Shown one piece after another: positions 24,384-34,811 of a DNA stretch of 41,293 bases (positions are counted from its first letter, which is position 1; every line of letters starts with the position of its first letter). Made by a program: the position numbers and the translations under genes. The notes under the pieces are model-generated. The model did no database searches. It saw only the letters and a list, made by a program, of their open reading frames with translations, and was not told the DNA's origin. The stretch spans positions 1 through 41,293 of the forward strand of contig MEDX01000028.1 of assembly GCA_001724245.1 (NCBI GenBank). The letters are read 5' to 3'. This DNA is from Fonticula-like sp. SCN 57-25 (taxonomy: Eukaryota).

Positions 24384-24931
24384 TTAGCGGAGACGGCGGG
24401 CCTCGCGCTCAGACTCCATAAGGGTCAGGATGTCACCCTCGCGGATCGGGCCGATCACGTTGCGGATGATCGAGCGGCGGGTGTCGTCGAGGAACTCGAC
24501 GCGGACCTGCGTGCACTGACCACGCGAGCCGGTGCGGCCGAGAACCTTCTGAACCTTAGCGAGCTGGATGGTTGGGAAAAAGAGGCGTCAGTATCGCAGG
24601 TAACGATGGCATGGGCGAGGTAAAAGAAAGGCCATAAAAGACTCGAACGGGCGGAAAAAGAAAGAGAAAGGGAAAAACGACAGCCAATTATGCACACGCA
24701 AAATGGAACATAAAAAAGAGAGATGGGGCAGGAAAGGAAAGACATGGGACACGCGGGATGGGCCTTTACTTTCGGTCCCATTCTCTCAACGGAATCCCTT
24801 CAAGCTCAGTAGCAAAAAAGCCCAGCGTCTCCGTGGACATGGTCTTTAACTTCTCCTCCACTTCCCTCACCCCCCACAATATGAATATAGAGCCAGCGTG
24901 TCTTTCGTACCTTGCCGGCGGTCTTGTCCAT
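24384..24931 (-). CDS. RPS28: 40S ribosomal protein S28 (eS28); exons 24931-24911 and 24563-24384
   Basis: [67 protein letters not shown] pyrimidine-rich TOP-like leader precedes the ATG. Confidence 0.97.
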
Positions 24932-24962
24932 GTTGGAACAGAGGAGAGGGCAAAAGAGGAAG

Positions 24963-25118
24963 AACCGAAAGCGGCCACGATGAGTTTTTTGCTGCCTTCC
25001 TCGATGCCATGTGGTCCTTGATTTTCCCTCTAGGAATTATGATCAGTTGGCTCTTTCGTCTCAACAGAGTAAATGTTTCATGATGGACCAACATGAACGA
25101 TCTGAGACGCTCTCGGTT
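24963..25118 (+). ncRNA. Candidate box C/D snoRNA
   Basis: Terminal stem AACCGAAAGCG/CGCTCTCGGTT, C-like box ACGATGA (24977-24983), D box CTGA (25102-25105), C'-like ATGATGG, and the 12-mer TGCTGCCTTCCT complementary to the conserved 18S rRNA segment AGGAAGGCAGCA. Confidence 0.45.
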
Positions 25119-25666
25119 GGACTTTAGTGCAGCGACTGCGCCACTTGTCGTCCTCTCACTCTACCGGTGGCATCGCTTTTGTACGCTTCGCGTTTAAATC
25201 ATTGGCGAATCTCCCCGATATGTATGTCTTGTGGGCGGGATTGTAGTGGACGGGGAGAGGATGGGGAGAACGAGTGTGGATGGGTGTTTGAAGATGGGCG
25301 CGCGCGGATGAAGGATGGATGGGTGCCGACATGCTCTGCGTGATGCATCCGGCGCTCATCCTCCGCATCGTGGGGGATGCGCGGCGACGGCGGATGCATC
25401 GTTGTATCTGCCGCGCGTCGTGGCATCGCTCTGGATGCATCCGTGGTTTTGGGCTGTCACTTGTGCGGTCTGGACGAACCTGTGTCGCAGCTGCTTCATG
25501 ATGAGTGATTCTCATCGTGGAGGAATGTGATTGCATGCGTCAGTGATTCAGCGCTCTTGGCGGTCGTGATCTGTTGTTCCACTCGTTCCCCTTTTGCGTG
25601 TTGTGAATTGCTATTCTACTGTGCGCTATTTGATCTGATTTGCTTACGCTGCGCCCAATAGCTACA

Positions 25667-26040
25667 ATGAAGGTCCTCGCTGCTTACCTCCTCTCCGTCC
25701 TCGGTGGCAAGGCTGCCCCGACTGCCGCTGATGTCACTGCCGTCCTCAAGAGCGTCGGCATTGAGGCTGACGCTGCTGAGGTCACCCTCGTCGTTGCCCA
25801 GCTCTCTGGCAAGGACGTGAACGAGATCATCGCCGCCGGCTCCAAGAAGCTCGCCACCGTCCCGTCGGGTGGTGCCGCTGCCCCGGCCGCCGCCTCGGCT
25901 GCTGCCCCGGCTGCCGCCAAGGAGGAGAAGAAGAAGGAGGAGAAGAAGGAGGAGTCCGATGACGTACGACTTTGCTTTAATTGCTGCCACTTTTCGCTCA
26001 CTCTATCTTTTAGGATATGGGCTTCGGTCTCTTCGACTAA
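25667..26040 (+). CDS. RPLP2: 60S acidic ribosomal protein P2
   Basis: MKVLAAYLLSVLGGKAAPTAADVTAVLKSVGIE...LSGKDVNEIIAAGSKKLATVPSGG...EEKKEESDD-DMGFGLFD. One intron at about 25964-26013. Confidence 0.96.
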
Positions 26041-26409
26041 GCGCTCTCTGAGTTGTCTTTGTAAAAATCATGCAATACTAAATGCGTGCATCCTCCAATT
26101 TCTCTTACCTTTGAAGACGGCTTTTGCTTCCACATGTCCACCGACTGTGATAATCTAGAGAAACGTATCATTGATGAATTCGTTCAATGCGAATATCAAC
26201 TAAAGCTACACTTCGCTATAGCAGAGCCATGCTATACTGAACTGTATGTATACTGCAACAAATAGGGACGCGGTAGTGTATGTATGCAAGGGAACTGCTT
26301 CGACGAAGCTGCGACGAAGCTGTCCAATAACTGTCCAAAGTCATATCAAAATCGCATGCGTTTTGACTTTTGATTTTTTGTCGACCACATCCAGACCCTG
26401 TTCGGTGGG

Positions 26410-27127
26410 ATGGAGGACGTCGCTGGAGCGGTCGTTGTGTGCGCCGTCGCGGCGTCGGAGGGGTATGATGCCGTGACGCCCGCCGCCGTGCGCATTCTCC
26501 AGCACGTATTCCATTGGCGTACGTCCTTTTCCTTTTCCTTTCCCTCGTTTATTGACCTACTGCGGCGCAGATCTCGACAAGCTCTGCGCCGATGCCAACC
26601 TGCATCGCCTCTTTGCTGCGCGCTCGCGGGGCAGTATCCAGGACGTAGAAAAGGCCATAGAATCGTCAGGCTCTTCATTCGCTTTATTAAAAGAGTATTA
26701 CAAAGACGCTGCAACCATGTCATTACCAAGTGCGCCGACCCTCTTTCCCGCCTCGTTACCTTTGCTAACGACCCGCGATCTGCAGGCGCGAGGACGCCGC
26801 CGCTGCCAGAGTCCTTTGACCCGCTCGTGGAAGAGGCGCTTGCTCAGCTCCCGGTCGACGACGTTCTCCCAAAACCGGAAAAGATCCCGAGCCACTTGCC
26901 GCCGTGGCCTCGCGCGCACACATTCAAGCGCACACGGGTGCGTCATTTCCGGCACCCCCTTTGGATCAGCTAACATTTCATGCATGTTCCAGGCGACGCC
27001 AAAGACGCGGACGACAGCGGCTGCGCTGCAGGCGCTCCGTTGCGAGCAGCGGCGCCAAGTGGAGGCGGATCTGCGCCGCCTCATCCAGGAGACCAACACC
27101 ATCAATTCGCAATCCTCTGCCGTGTAA
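26410..27127 (+). CDS. TAF8: TFIID subunit TAF8-like (histone fold plus TAF8 C-terminal motif)
   Basis: Histone fold (AVAASEGYDAVTPAAVRILQH...LDKL...AARSRGSIQDVEKAI), then IPSHLPPWPRAHTFKRT and EQRRQVEADLRRL, matching the TAF8 IPxxLPxFPxxHTYxxT...QRRDVERAL pattern. Confidence 0.85.
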
Positions 27128-27390
27128 GAAAAAAGTCACTTTATCATACCGAGCCACGCACTACCTGCGCCGCCATTTGTACCAACGCCTTTATTTGTAT
27201 AATATTATAGCTATTAATTGATGGTTGTTATTGTTTTCATTACAATTCCTTGTGGTGGTATGTGTTTCACTCGTGTGCGAATATGAGATGAACGGAAACA
27301 TGAAAATCAACATCGGCGAGGCGATTCCGTGACTCGGCGAATAGACAAAAAACTAAAACATAAAACGTATATCACTTGGTATATCAAGCT

Positions 27391-29079
27391 CTAGTGCTCC
27401 TCGTCGATGGCGTCGCCGGAAGCGTCGGCGTCGCCCTCTTCCTTTTCGTCGTCCATCTGCTCCATGCCATACTCGTCGTCCTCGCCCTCGAGCGGGTCCA
27501 TGTCGTCGGCGGGCGCGTAAATGTGCGACTGGAAGGCAATGTAGATATTGAACAATGTATAGTACGAGAAGAACGCCAGCGCTATATATCTTGTTAGTTA
27601 AAATGCGATGAAATTGAACGGCGTACAAAGCGAAAAGACGCCGAAAACGGTGAGCGCCAGTCCGACAATCGACACAACCAGGACGACAATTGTGGCCGTG
27701 ATAACAACCTTGAGGCGCATATCTGCATTCCAATGCATCAGTACTCGTCTTTCAGCATAACTCAATAGTAAATACGCACCGATATCAGCCGACTGAAGGC
27801 GGCCGACGGTGCGCAACACGTGATACCCAAACGTGATGAGGTAGAGCCCCGCGAACACGCCAAATATAATGACAAACGCCTTGAAGCCGTCAATGTCGCT
27901 CAGCAGGTGGTACGACGGGTCCTCAACAAGGTTCATGTGCTCCCACGTGGTCACGACAAGGACGGCGACCCAAAGGGTACCCACGAGGAAGAGCTTTGGG
28001 AGGTAAAAGCCGATGGGCCGGTAGATGCGGCGCATGCCGTGGAAGAGGCAGATCCAGTAGAGGAGCAGGCCGGCGACAAAGGTCGTCTGGAGCAGCGAGT
28101 CGATGAAGAGCGGCGCGGCGCTGTCCGTCATGACCGACACGGGGAAGATCGGGTTGTTGAAGCCGATGAGGAGGAAGAGGAGGAAGGCCGTCCACTTTTG
28201 CTCGTACGACCAGTCGGCGCGGTGGAAGCGGCGCATGCGCCAGATGTAGAGGGCGGTGACGGTGCAGCTGAAGAGGAGCGTGCCAAAGCGGAAGAAGACT
28301 TCGAGGAACGTAAACTGATCATTGCGCATCCGCCACTGGAAAGGAAAGTTAGCAAAAGGGGATCGCGTCGGCGGGGGACGTACGATGTAGTCGAGCTTTT
28401 CAATGTGCGCGAGCTCGTCTTCGAGACCGAGGAAGGTGACATTCATGCGGTACGACGAGTAGTCAATGTACGGGATGTGCGCCAGCAGCACGCGATCGCA
28501 CTCGACCGCCTAGATCAATTTCGTCAGCAGAGCATACCAAAGACAGGGATGGCGCACGAGGTCGGTGCAGTCGAATGACCTGAGGCGGTTCGACGAGCCG
28601 TCGGCGATGACTAACCACTCATTCGAGCCCTCCTCCATGCCGGACATGTGCACGCTCACCTGCACATCGAGGATGAAGCGCGATGAGGGCGTCGTCTTGG
28701 TGATGACGGCCTCGAGATACAGCTGCTGCTGGTACCGGCTCAGGTTGTGGAGCGCCCAGACGAAAGAGGCGCCGCGGCCGGGGGGCGGCGGGGCAATGCC
28801 GGCCTGCGGGACCGAGCGCACTTCCTCGTAGATCGGGGGGACTGAACAGGGGTCAGTTTCAGCGTGAAACAGGGGTACCCGATGCCTTCTACGTACCGAA
28901 CCAGATCGAGGCGATGAGAAAGATGACCCAGAAGGAGAACAGGGCGGCAGTGAGAGTAAACACCTTCTTGCGCGAGAACGCGAAAAGGTTCATTTTCATG
29001 CTGTCGATCACGGTCAATGTCAGACACACGTCATCAATCACCGCGGGCAGGCGTACATGGGAGCATTCTCCTCCTCCAT
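27391..29079 (-). CDS. TMEM181: TMEM181 (GPR178; Wntless-related) multipass membrane protein
   Basis: MKMNLFAFSRKKVF..., NDQFTFLEVFFRF...RMRRFHRADWSYEQKWTAFLLFLLIGFNNPIFP, LLLYWICLFHGMR, FYLPKLFLVG and C-terminal YTLFNIYI...IYAP all follow TMEM181. Confidence 0.88.
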
Positions 29080-30229
29080 CGTCCACGACGCACTCACGTC
29101 GTCGGTGTGCCCCAGCTTCTAACTCTCTTCCCTTGCTTGCTTACTTGCTTTCTTGTGCGGTGCGACCTGGGCGGCGCGGTCGGCGGATCCGGCGACGGCG
29201 GCGCACGAGGAGGGGCCGAGGAGCGAAGTGAGAACAGGTTTTGCGACTGATCGATGTTTACATGATGTAATATGGCTGATTTCGTCTGATTTGACTTATT
29301 TGTGCTGATTTCTGGCGAAAAGCGCGCCAAACGCAAGGCATAAAATAATGTAGATCGCGCTTCAGTGCAATATTATGCATACTACCATGGTCAAGGGGCG
29401 CACGCGAGCACATAAGGCTCAGCTGCTGCTTATTATATGTCTTTAAGCAGGCCTAGGCTTACGACGACACACACAAAAGTATATTTTTTCTCTGGTGTCC
29501 ATACTGTAGATCATGGCCGAAGCTTAACTTTCCCCCACCTTTCCAGTCTCCCCGACGTCGGCCCTGCCGGCGCACACACAGCACAGTAACAGACACAGCC
29601 TCAGGTAGCTTTCCTTTGAATTATTATTCTTTTGGTATGGTTTTGGATGTAGGGGACCGGCAGGGCGCCATATTCAATGTATCCTCGGCGGCCCGAATCA
29701 GTGTACCGGCCTTCCCCAGTAGCTTTCGCCCGGTTTTGACCCCATCGAAGGACCTAGAAAAAACATCGAACAACGATGGGAACACTTAGACACAGGCAGT
29801 GAAAGGGCCGCGGCGGCGCGCAGCGATTTCAAGGTCGTTCGTTTTTCGGCTGCTGGAATTGTGGGATTCAATCGTGATTGAAAAGAGCGTTGACCGGCAA
29901 TGACGGTCCTTTTTGGCCTTTTTGTGGCCTCATATTGGTCTGCTGTCTTTGTCTAGTCGTTCGGCCGTGCTCCGCGTCGCTCTTCTATGCATACCACATG
30001 TACTTTTGAGCGTTTAGCATGGCTTTAGGCCGCCTTTTTCTATGAAAGCGGCCTTTCCTGTCCTAATCGGGAACAAAAATTCGATCGGATTCCAGTTTAG
30101 ACCAATCACCATCTTGTTCTTGCGAAACCCACCAATCCCAAACACACTAGACTAGAAATGCCATCCACGTGGCCGACAGTTGCATACCAGCTGCCTCCTG
30201 TGCCCCCCTCGCCCACCGGCCGAAAGGGA

Positions 30230-33200
30230 ATGAGAGGCAGCGCCTTTTTGATCGCTGCGGCGGCGCTTCTGCTGCTCTCGCAGAATGCGCAGGCGTACAC
30301 TCCTCCCGCTGCTCCTCAGCTCATTTTGAATCCCGGCGCAGTTGTTTTTGGCTCTTTTGACAGCGTTCAGTCATTCAACCGCGGCACTGCGGGCTCTAGC
30401 GACGGCTCTGATGTGAGCTTTTTTAACAAGACCGACTGGGCTCCTCTTGCCTTCCAGGCGAATATTGTGCGGGATATGGTCAGGCTGGATAACGGCACCT
30501 ACTTTTTTGGCGGCGCGTTCCAGACCGTCGCGGGCATGACGTGCTACTATGTCGCGCGCATGGACGCCGACGGTTCGATCTCGTGCCTTGATGAGGGTCT
30601 CGACGGCCAGGTGACCTCCCTTGCTGTACGTTTTTTCTCTTTTTTAATTTCCCAAGGGTTTTGACGCGTGTGGCAATAGTGGGATGCGCCTACGGAAACG
30701 CTGTACATTGGCGGCAGCTTTTCGTCCCCACGTGGAGTCGAGTACACGGGCACGTACATGCAAGGCCTCATCCGCTGGCAGGGCCGCTTCATCGCCGCCC
30801 CCTACTACGGCATTGCGGGTTCTGTTTATGCTATGGCGATGGATTCCGCGTACGTTATATCTTGTTTTGCCCATGGACGCTGATCATTTGTGGCTGCGTA
30901 GTGCCCGCAAGCTCTACGTCGCTGGCCCCTTCGGGAGCACGGCCGACACTTCCTCCTCCGTCCCGCTCCGCAAGGTTACCATTGCGTCTATTACGAGCAC
31001 GACGTCTCTCTCGACGTCGCCTTCGCCGTCCGTCCTCATTGACGACACGATCAGCGACGATCCTTCGCAGTCGTGGCTCGGCGTCAACGGCGGGACCTCC
31101 ACGCTCGTCCTTGACCTCGGCTACTCGCAGGAGGTCAGTGCCATCAAGCTGCGCAACACGCGCGTGGACGGCCGCGGCACGTTCGAGTTCCGCGTGACGT
31201 GCGGCTCGCTCCAGCAGGTGAGGTACCTGGACGAGTACACAAAGAACCAGGATAATACCAACGTCCCGAAGCTCTCGCGCCTCGACCCCCTGGTGTCGCA
31301 GATGTACTACTTGGTTAACAGCCCGTCCTGCCGCGAGCTTACCATCACTGTACGTGTGAACAGAGGAGGAATGGCCCGCAGACTGACCGCTTTTGTTTCC
31401 TGTAGCTGCCGACGTACTATGGTCAGGGCGCCGGTCTCAGCCACATCGAGGTCTTCACCCGCTCGATGATCGTGGACGAGACGTACAACACCCCGGGCAA
31501 CAGCGTTTCTGCGCGCACCGGCCAGTGGGCCACTGTGGGCACCTCCACGGACACCATGGGCCCGCACCTCCGCGGCGAGGTCACCAGCGGCGGTGCGTTC
31601 TAGTTGCCTTTTTTGCTTGCAGTCAACTGATGCTTTTTGTGTTTAGCGCGCACCACTCTGCAGTACACTGTGAGCATCCCGATGACCGGCGCGTACTCTG
31701 TTGTAGTCATGTTTACCACCTGCACAGGCTCGTGCGCCACGACGGTTACCGTGACGGTCGGCAACGAGCTCCCGTTCTCTGTGACGCCCACCGGCACCAG
31801 GACCATTGGCACGTACACGATCACGGAGGGCTCTGTCAATGTGCTCGTGCAGCTGCCCGAGTACACTGGCTCGAACGCCGGCCTGCAGGTCGACATCAAC
31901 GCCCTCCGCCTCACCAAGACGCCCACGTACACTTTGCTCCGCAGCCTCGTCGAGTACGACCTGGACCAGGGCACGCTGGTGCCCGCGTTTGGCAGTACGT
32001 CGCGCTTGCCTTTTTTTTGGCATTTTCTGTTTGCTGATAGCCCTCGTGTTTTCAGATCTGCCCTCTAACAGTATGGATATCAACACCCTCGCGCTTGACT
32101 CGAAGAACCTCTATGCTGGCGGCGATTTTTCCATCTCTACCTCTGGCAGCAGCGACTATGCGACCAACATTGTCGGCATTGTGCGCAGCTCGGGCCTTCA
32201 GTTCCCGCTTGCGGTTGGCCCTACTAGTGACGTGCACACGATCACTGTCATTGGCGACGAGCACTTGTTTGTTGGCGGCGGCTTTCAGTCTTGCAACGAG
32301 GGCAGCGTGCTCACCCCGTACATTGCCATCTACAAGGACAATGCGTGGTCCGCCGTCGGCGGCGGCATGGACGGCTACGTCGGCACGAGCGTCATGTACG
32401 ACGGCAATGTCTACTTTGCCGGCCCCTTCACGCGCTACTACATGAAGGACGACCGCTTCCCGTACACGGCGCACCGCATCGCCTCGTACAACCTTACGAC
32501 GGGCCTGATCAGTGCCGCCGGCGCCGTCGTGGCGTCGACGACGTCGGCCAACTATGCCGAGCTTCGCGTGTTCAACGACATCATGTACCTTTTGATTCCC
32601 GCCTCGCGCGTTTCGACGTCCATGGTGGGCTCGATCGCCAAGCTGAACGGCGACTTGTTCGAGTCGATGCACGGTGGTTTTGACCGCGATCGCCACCAAT
32701 CTGTCATGGGCTTCCAGCCTTCGCTCGCGGCCACGGTCTACGTCAACGGCACTCTGTATGCCGGCGGCTCCTTTAGCATGCAGGGCGAGCGCCAGCACGC
32801 CAACAACGTCGCGCGCTACGACCCCGAGACGGGATGGTCGGTGCTCGGCAACGGCCTCTTTGACGGCACCGTGTCCACCATGGTCGACCTCGACGGCTTT
32901 TTGCTCGTCGGCGGCACCTTTACCCGCTCGTGGAACCGCACGTCGGGCGGCGACGTCGTCAGCCTCAACGGCCTCGCGCTCTGGAACGGCGACGAGTGGC
33001 TTGCGCCCTTCCCGACGCTCTCGGCCAGCGCCGTCGTCACCTCGATCGTCGTCGACTGGAACGGCTCGCGCCGCTACGTGTTTGTCGGCGGCCGCTTCTC
33101 GACTGCCGGCACGGTCGCCTGCAACAACGTTTGCATGTGGGACGGCGAAAAGTGGAACGCGCTCGGCCTCGGTGTCGCCTACGAGACGACCACCCCCATC

Positions 33201-34406
33201 ATCAACGACATGAAGCTGTACGGCGGCCGTCTCTACGTGGGCGGCTACTTTAACAGCGCGGGTGGCATTGTGGTCCGCAACCTCGCCGTGTGGACGCCGT
33301 GGACAGGAACGTGGGCGCCCATTGCCCAGTTTGCGACGCCGACCAACCCGATTACGTCGATCGATGTCGCGGCTGAGAATGACATTGTCGTCGTGTCTGG
33401 AACGTGCGTACTGGAGAATTTTTTGTGGGTCTTTTTGGCGCGTTTTTGTGATCGTTTAGGGGCATTTTATTTTATTTTAGCTCAAATTTGCTCAATTTCG
33501 TGTCATTTTTTGCCATTTTCACAATGATTTCTTTTGACTTACTCTTGTTTCCAGCTACATTGGCCGTCTCACCGAGGATAAGGACGCTTTCGATACAATC
33601 CCGTCGCTCGGAGGCGGCGCGTCCGTGAGCCGCGCCCGGTACTGGCCCGCCCACAACATCCCCTCTGTCGAGAAGGGCACCCGCGCGCTCCCCTCTGGCA
33701 ACGTCCTCCTCATTACCGGCCAGAACCTCCTCCCCGGCAGCTCCAGTGCGCCCCCCCATTGGTCCCCTTTTTTTTTCTTTTGCTGACTCACTTTCCGCCT
33801 CAGTGGCCGCCTCGATGGTGATGTTTGACGGCAGCAACTACCGCCCGGTCTCGTACACGACCACGTCGGCTACGGGCACCGCTTCGGGCCTGGTCAGCGG
33901 CGCCATCGACGGCCCGTACAGTGCGTCTTTCGCGCCCACAATGCTGCCACAGTACTGAAAATGTTTTTTTTTGTCTCTTTTTAGCCGGCCTTGCCACGTG
34001 GCAGATTGCGCTTATCGCCGTCTTCTCGTGCCTCTTTGTGCTGCTGATCATCTTCCTGATCGTCTTCTTCCTTGTCATCCGCCCGCGCCGCAACAAGAAC
34101 AAGGACAAGAAGGCCGACAAGTCCGCCTCGCAAAACTCGATTCCGATGACGTCCACCCCGTCGCAGAACAACACTGGCGGCAACGAGGGCAAGCTTATTG
34201 CTCTGTACGCAATTTGATTGGTCGATAGATGTGGCTGACATGTTGACAGGCACTCGTTCCACGCGCGCCCCGGCGAGGACAACGAGCTCAGCATTGAGCA
34301 GAATGACGTCATCACGATTGTCCGCGCGGACTCGTCCGATTGGTGGGAGGGCGAGCTGAACGGCCGCCGCGGTGTCTTCCCGGCAAACTATGTCAAGCGC
34401 ATGTAA
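30230..34406 (+). CDS. Rax2-like type I membrane protein: signal peptide, beta-propeller/beta-sandwich ectodomain, single TM, cytoplasmic SH3 (about 10 exons)
   Basis: Signal peptide MRGSAFLIAAAALLLLSQNAQA. Rax2-type motifs KLRNTRVDGRGTFEFR and YYGQGAGLSHIEVF, with repeated LYxGGxF blades. TM segment IALIAVFSCLFVLLIIFLIVFFLVI. C-terminal ALHSFHARPGEDNELSIEQNDVITIV...DWWEGELNGRRGVFPANYV is a canonical SH3. Confidence 0.78.
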
Positions 34407-34811
34407 GCGCGAAATTCCCGCCGCAGTTTTCATGCAAGTTTGCTGCGGTTATATATCCATTTTGATGGTGAAATATGATATTTTTTTATGTTCTCTACGA
34501 GTGTAGCCTATCGTGCTTTTCTCTATATATTTTTTCTCCGTCGTTTGTTGCTTTCTTTTTCGGTGCAGTTTTGATCGATGGAGTCGTTGCGTTGATGTTT
34601 CTTGCTCTCTCTTTGCATGAGTTTTCCAGGTTTAGTAAAGGTATAGGTTATCTATTATAAAGTGAGCACAAAGTGTCCAAATACGCGCTGAACAAGCGGT
34701 TTTAAAAAGAAACAAGTGTCCAAATACGCGGCTTTTATTATAAAAAGGCACTTAAAAACGATCAAATATTGACTCTTGGACCACCACCAATGTACACGTA
34801 ATAAAAAAAAC

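Noticed and set aside
24740-24850. Possible TPP riboswitch in the RPS28 intron
   Set aside because: The conserved UGAGA...ACCUGAU...GUAGGGA arrangement is not found, and the host gene is unrelated to thiamine.
25040-25075. Minus-strand CTGTTGA-GAC-GAAA resembling a hammerhead ribozyme core
   Set aside because: It does not match CUGANGA, and there is no room for stem II.
26301-26322. Tandem CGACGAAGCTG x2 upstream of TAF8
   Set aside because: A two-copy micro-duplication that was not noticed elsewhere in the window.
34671-34730. 17-nt direct repeat AAGTGTCCAAATACGCG twice, with a 26-nt spacer (CRISPR-like look)
   Set aside because: Only two short copies in a eukaryotic convergent 3' intergenic region with no cas genes. 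It is most simply a local duplication.
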